From: Octopus sinensis
Taxonomy: Eukaryota
DNA length: 64,000 bases
NCBI RefSeq assembly: GCF_006345805.1
Contig: NC_043000.1
Span: forward strand, 117,180,001-117,244,000
Direction of reading: 5' to 3'
The position numbers were made by a program, and so were the translations under genes. How positions within the stretch are numbered: position 1 is the first letter of the stretch; each line of letters starts with the position of its first letter. A model generated the notes under the pieces. It was not told the origin of the DNA. It worked only from the letters and a program-made list of their open reading frames with translations, and made no database searches. Positions 60,214 through 64,000 of this stretch are shown piece by piece.

Positions 60214-61753
60214 CAACTTATCCATCAAACTGAAATATGGAAATTTTAAATATAAAGGAGTCATCTTTTGCGATAAAAAAAATGTTCTTTTCTCTTTATA
60301 TTGATATTAACCAACAGCAGGATTTGCCTTGAGATCGCTGACAGCTATCTCAATATGGTTCCCAACATTGAAAAATTGAACTTTAACAGGCATTAATAAA
60401 TTGCCCATATATATGATGAGATGATGGGATTTTAATGACTTTTGGTTAAGAAGATAAATGTCAGAGTTTGATCATCGATTGAAGGAATCTAAATACCGTT
60501 CAAATATAAAACAATAGATAATGTTGGGATGAAAAATTAGCTGTCATTATAGGTATAGCCTGTGGTTAAAAATTTCGCTTCATTTACATGTTGTTTTGAG
60601 TTCGATCACATAGACAGAAACTGTGTGTAAAAGACTGTGTAAACCGAGGTTTCAAGTTGTTTCGATTTAAGTTAAATTCTTAACGTTTTGATAAACTGGA
60701 TTTGATATTCAATAAAACATTAGTTTCCAGCTGCGTTACCGCTCTTCAGCTGACAGATAGGAGGATTCTTTGTTCAGCTGCGAGTTGCGGAAGCTATATA
60801 TCAAAAAGATTACCAAATAAGTCTTCCTATAAACTTCGATTTTCTCCTCGTGTTGCTAGCCGTCGCCCCGTCTTTCCGTGGCTGTAATTGACTATCCGTA
60901 ATACTTAGTTTCTTTTTCCGAGTTCCGTGGTAGACCGTCGAGGTCTACATTGAAATCTATACTGCAATCAAGAGCACCACTCCTCGAACAAAGTGATACT
61001 GAGAATATGTCCATAATTTGGTGAAGATTTCAAGCATCAACATTTCCATTGAATTTTGCTCAGATAGTCTTGTAAAAAAAAAAACAGAACCTGAATCAAC
61101 AAGTATTAGGCTTCATCAGTGTAAGTAATAGATAGCAGAACCGGTAGAGCATCTAAAAACTCACTTGAGATATTTCACATTCAATTAAGCCGGTGATCTG
61201 GCAGAATCGCTAGCATGTCGAGCAAAATGCTTAGCGGCATTTGGTCCGTCCTTACGTTCTGAGTTCAAGTTGCGCCGAAGTCGACATTGCTTTTCACCCA
61301 TTCTTGATCGATAAACAAGTACAAGTTGAACACTGGTGTCGACGTTATTGACTTACCCACCGCGCCGAAATTGCTGGCTTTGTACCAGAATTTGAAACGA
61401 ATATTTTACAAGCAATTAAGGCTGCGAGCTGGCAGCATCGTTAGCAAACCGGACCAAAAGCTTGAGGGCAATTCGTCAGTCTTTACGTTCCGAGTTCAAA
61501 TTCGGCCGAGATCGACTTTGCCATTTTATCCTTCCGGGCTCAGTAAAATACGTACCAGTTGAATACTGGGGTCAATATAATCGACTTACTCTCTCTCCAG
61601 AACTTGCTGGGCTTGGGACAGAATTCGAAGCCAATATTTTAAATGCAATAAATGTAGGCCACTATTTTGAAATAAACACTTTCTAGATTCGATCTTTCTA
61701 GAACAGAATAAAGCCTACGTGAATTAGCATATTAACTTATCTCTTTGATAATA

Positions 61754-61810
<57 letters not shown>

Positions 61811-62069
61811 AATTGAGTTAAACACAGGTGTTATTGAATAACATCTGCGTTTAATTCCATTTATTTATTTATCTATACCATCCCAAAACATTTCACCAAA
61901 CCTGGAGTTTCTACCTTTATAAGTAGGCTGTTACATCCTTGGTACTTATGTGAATTTTTACTACCCTGGTAACTATTTATTTATGTTTTCTGTGTTAGTT
62001 GTAAACATTAAACACACACACACACACATATTAGATATGTATATATATATATATTATATATATATAAGG

Positions 62070-62385
62070 AGCACGCCGTCGGTTACAACGACGAGGGTCC
62101 CAGCTGATACGATCAACGGAACAGCCTGCTCGTGATATTAACGTGCAAGTGGGTGAGCATTCCACAGACACGTGTACCCTTATCGGAGGTCTCCAAGAGA
62201 TCAGCGTGACACAGAATTTGACAAGGTTGGCCCTTTGAAATACAGATACTACTCATTTTTGCCAGATGAGTGAATTGGAGCAACGTTAAAATAAAGTGTC
62301 TTGCTCAAGGACACAACGCGTCGCCGGGAATTGAACTCACGACCTTACGATCATGAGCCGAATATCTCAACCTCTAAGCCACATG
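62070..62385 (-). mobile_element. CORE-type tRNA SINE family D
   Basis: Minus strand GTGGCTTAGAGG...GAGTTCAATTCC...CCTTGAGCAAGACACT. Confidence 0.7.
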
Positions 62386-62616
62386 TATATTCTTTTTTAT
62401 CATTCTTTTATTTGTTTCAGTCATTTGGGTGTGGCCATGCTGGAGCACCGCCTTTAGTCGAGCAAATCGACCCCAGGACTTATTCTTTGCAAGCCTAGTA
62501 CTTATTCTATCGGATCTTTTTTGCCGAACCACTAAGTTACGGGGACGGAAACACACCAGCATCGGTTGTTAAGCGATGTTGCGGGGACAAACACAGACAC
62601 AAACATATACACACAC

Positions 62617-62661
<45 letters not shown>

Positions 62662-62872
62662 TATATATATATTATAGAAAAATGTTACAAAAAGAAAATA
62701 GAAACTACACGTGGTAATGTAAGGGGAAAGTAAGAAAAATAGACGAAAATGCACATTGTAAATCAAAAAAAGTAAAGGCTTTTTATGCAAAGTAACGAAA
62801 AATATATACAATTAGATGAACTGAGGTAGGAATAACAGCATTAAAATTCATTATTGTGAAATTATTAAAAAG

Positions 62873-62917
62873 ATTCAAGTATACCGGTTTCGTAATTTAC
62901 TAATCATTGCTTTGAAT
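62873..62917 (-). ncRNA. Hammerhead-like motif, A3-U8 variant
   Basis: auucaaagca-AUGAUUA-GUA(AAU)UAC-GAAA-CCGGU-A-uacuugaau. Confidence 0.6.
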
Positions 62918-64000
62918 ACAATAATTCATTGCTTTTTGTTTTGAATACAACTATTCATTGCTTAGAATGCACACCGATTGATGCACGATACGATAGGTTC
63001 TTTCAGTTTCCGTCTACTAAATCCACTCATAAGGCTTTGGTCGGCCCGAGGCTATATTAGAAGTCACTTGCTCAAGGTGCCACGCAGTGGGAATGAACCC
63101 GGAAGCATGTGGTTGGTAAGCAAACTACTTACCACACAGTCACTCCTGCGCCTATGACGTAAAATTTTCAGTATAAAATTCAGACATAAATTTTCAGTAC
63201 AAATTTCCAACACAAAATTTCTCAGATGTATCAACGAATCTAGTTTTCTTAGTGAACTGAACCCAAAGCCACACGGTTAGGAAGCAAGCTTCTAAACCAA
63301 AACACCCACGTCTGCGTCTATGAAATACAAATTTATCTAAATCCGAAACTGACTTTGAAATGTGCGATTATTGATATACATGAGTGTTTCTGATATACCG
63401 TGAAAAACGTAAGGGATAAAAGAAACGAAATATAAATACTGTACCATCATATCAAATTGTTTGAAATGATTGCATTCTGGGAATATAATGGAATATTAAA
63501 TTACAATAAAAACATTATTTAAGTAAATGTTATTTGCCAACGTAATGTAGCTGTCCTGAAAGGGACAATGGAACTGTTACTGAATATGTTTCTTTGAGAG
63601 ATTTAGAAAAAAAAAAATTATTACATGAGAATTTAATCTCTGACTTAAGGAGATGAGGTGAGAATGTATTTATGAAGTAAGTTAGCGGAATAGTTGAAGA
63701 GATATGTGAGATTTATTTACCAGGAAGCTTGGCAAAAGCGTCTGTCTAATTTGCAACATTTGTTGGAGTGAAATGGATGTAACGAGGAAATGAAATTACG
63801 TTTCTCCTTGAATACTGGAAACATTTATGAAATTGTGCTTCGGCAAGCATTTATTGAAAATACTATGATTGATTGATTGATTGATTGATTCTAGTTTCAG
63901 CTTATGAGCTGTGGCCATGCTGGGGCACCGCCATTTGGTGTTGCTACTTGGTTTCACTTCATGGAGGCTTTCTAGCAACTGCTATTTGTGGGCATGAGAG

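Overview
Eukaryotic, AT-rich, microsatellite- and transposon-dense animal DNA. The SINE repertoire and repeat landscape suggest a cephalopod, probably Octopus (inference). The only host gene I can support is a complete 8-coding-exon RFC3 (replication factor C subunit 3) on the minus strand: ATG 40048, stop 23981, 355 aa, all introns GT-AG, phases consistent. It has a TTTGGCGC E2F-type site about 60 bp upstream. The rest is mobile DNA: a near-full-length but disrupted L1/Tx1-type LINE (about 10.56-16.94 kb), several Tc1/mariner relics, RTE and CR1/L2 fragments, five tRNA-derived SINE families, MITEs, and Penelope-like elements (PLEs) of several families. The most striking signal is not in the ORF track. 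I find at least 10 type-I hammerhead ribozyme (HHR) motifs from about 8 unrelated sequence families, plus a 5-copy family with an atypical core. They lie in PLE termini or in short cassettes inside (TA)n tracts. Nearly all have a self-complementary (dimer-type) stem III, and they show compensatory core covariation (C3-G8, U3-A8, A3-U8). Three lie in sense orientation in RFC3 introns. All folds were done by eye, not computed. Most long ORFs in the track are microsatellite artefacts.
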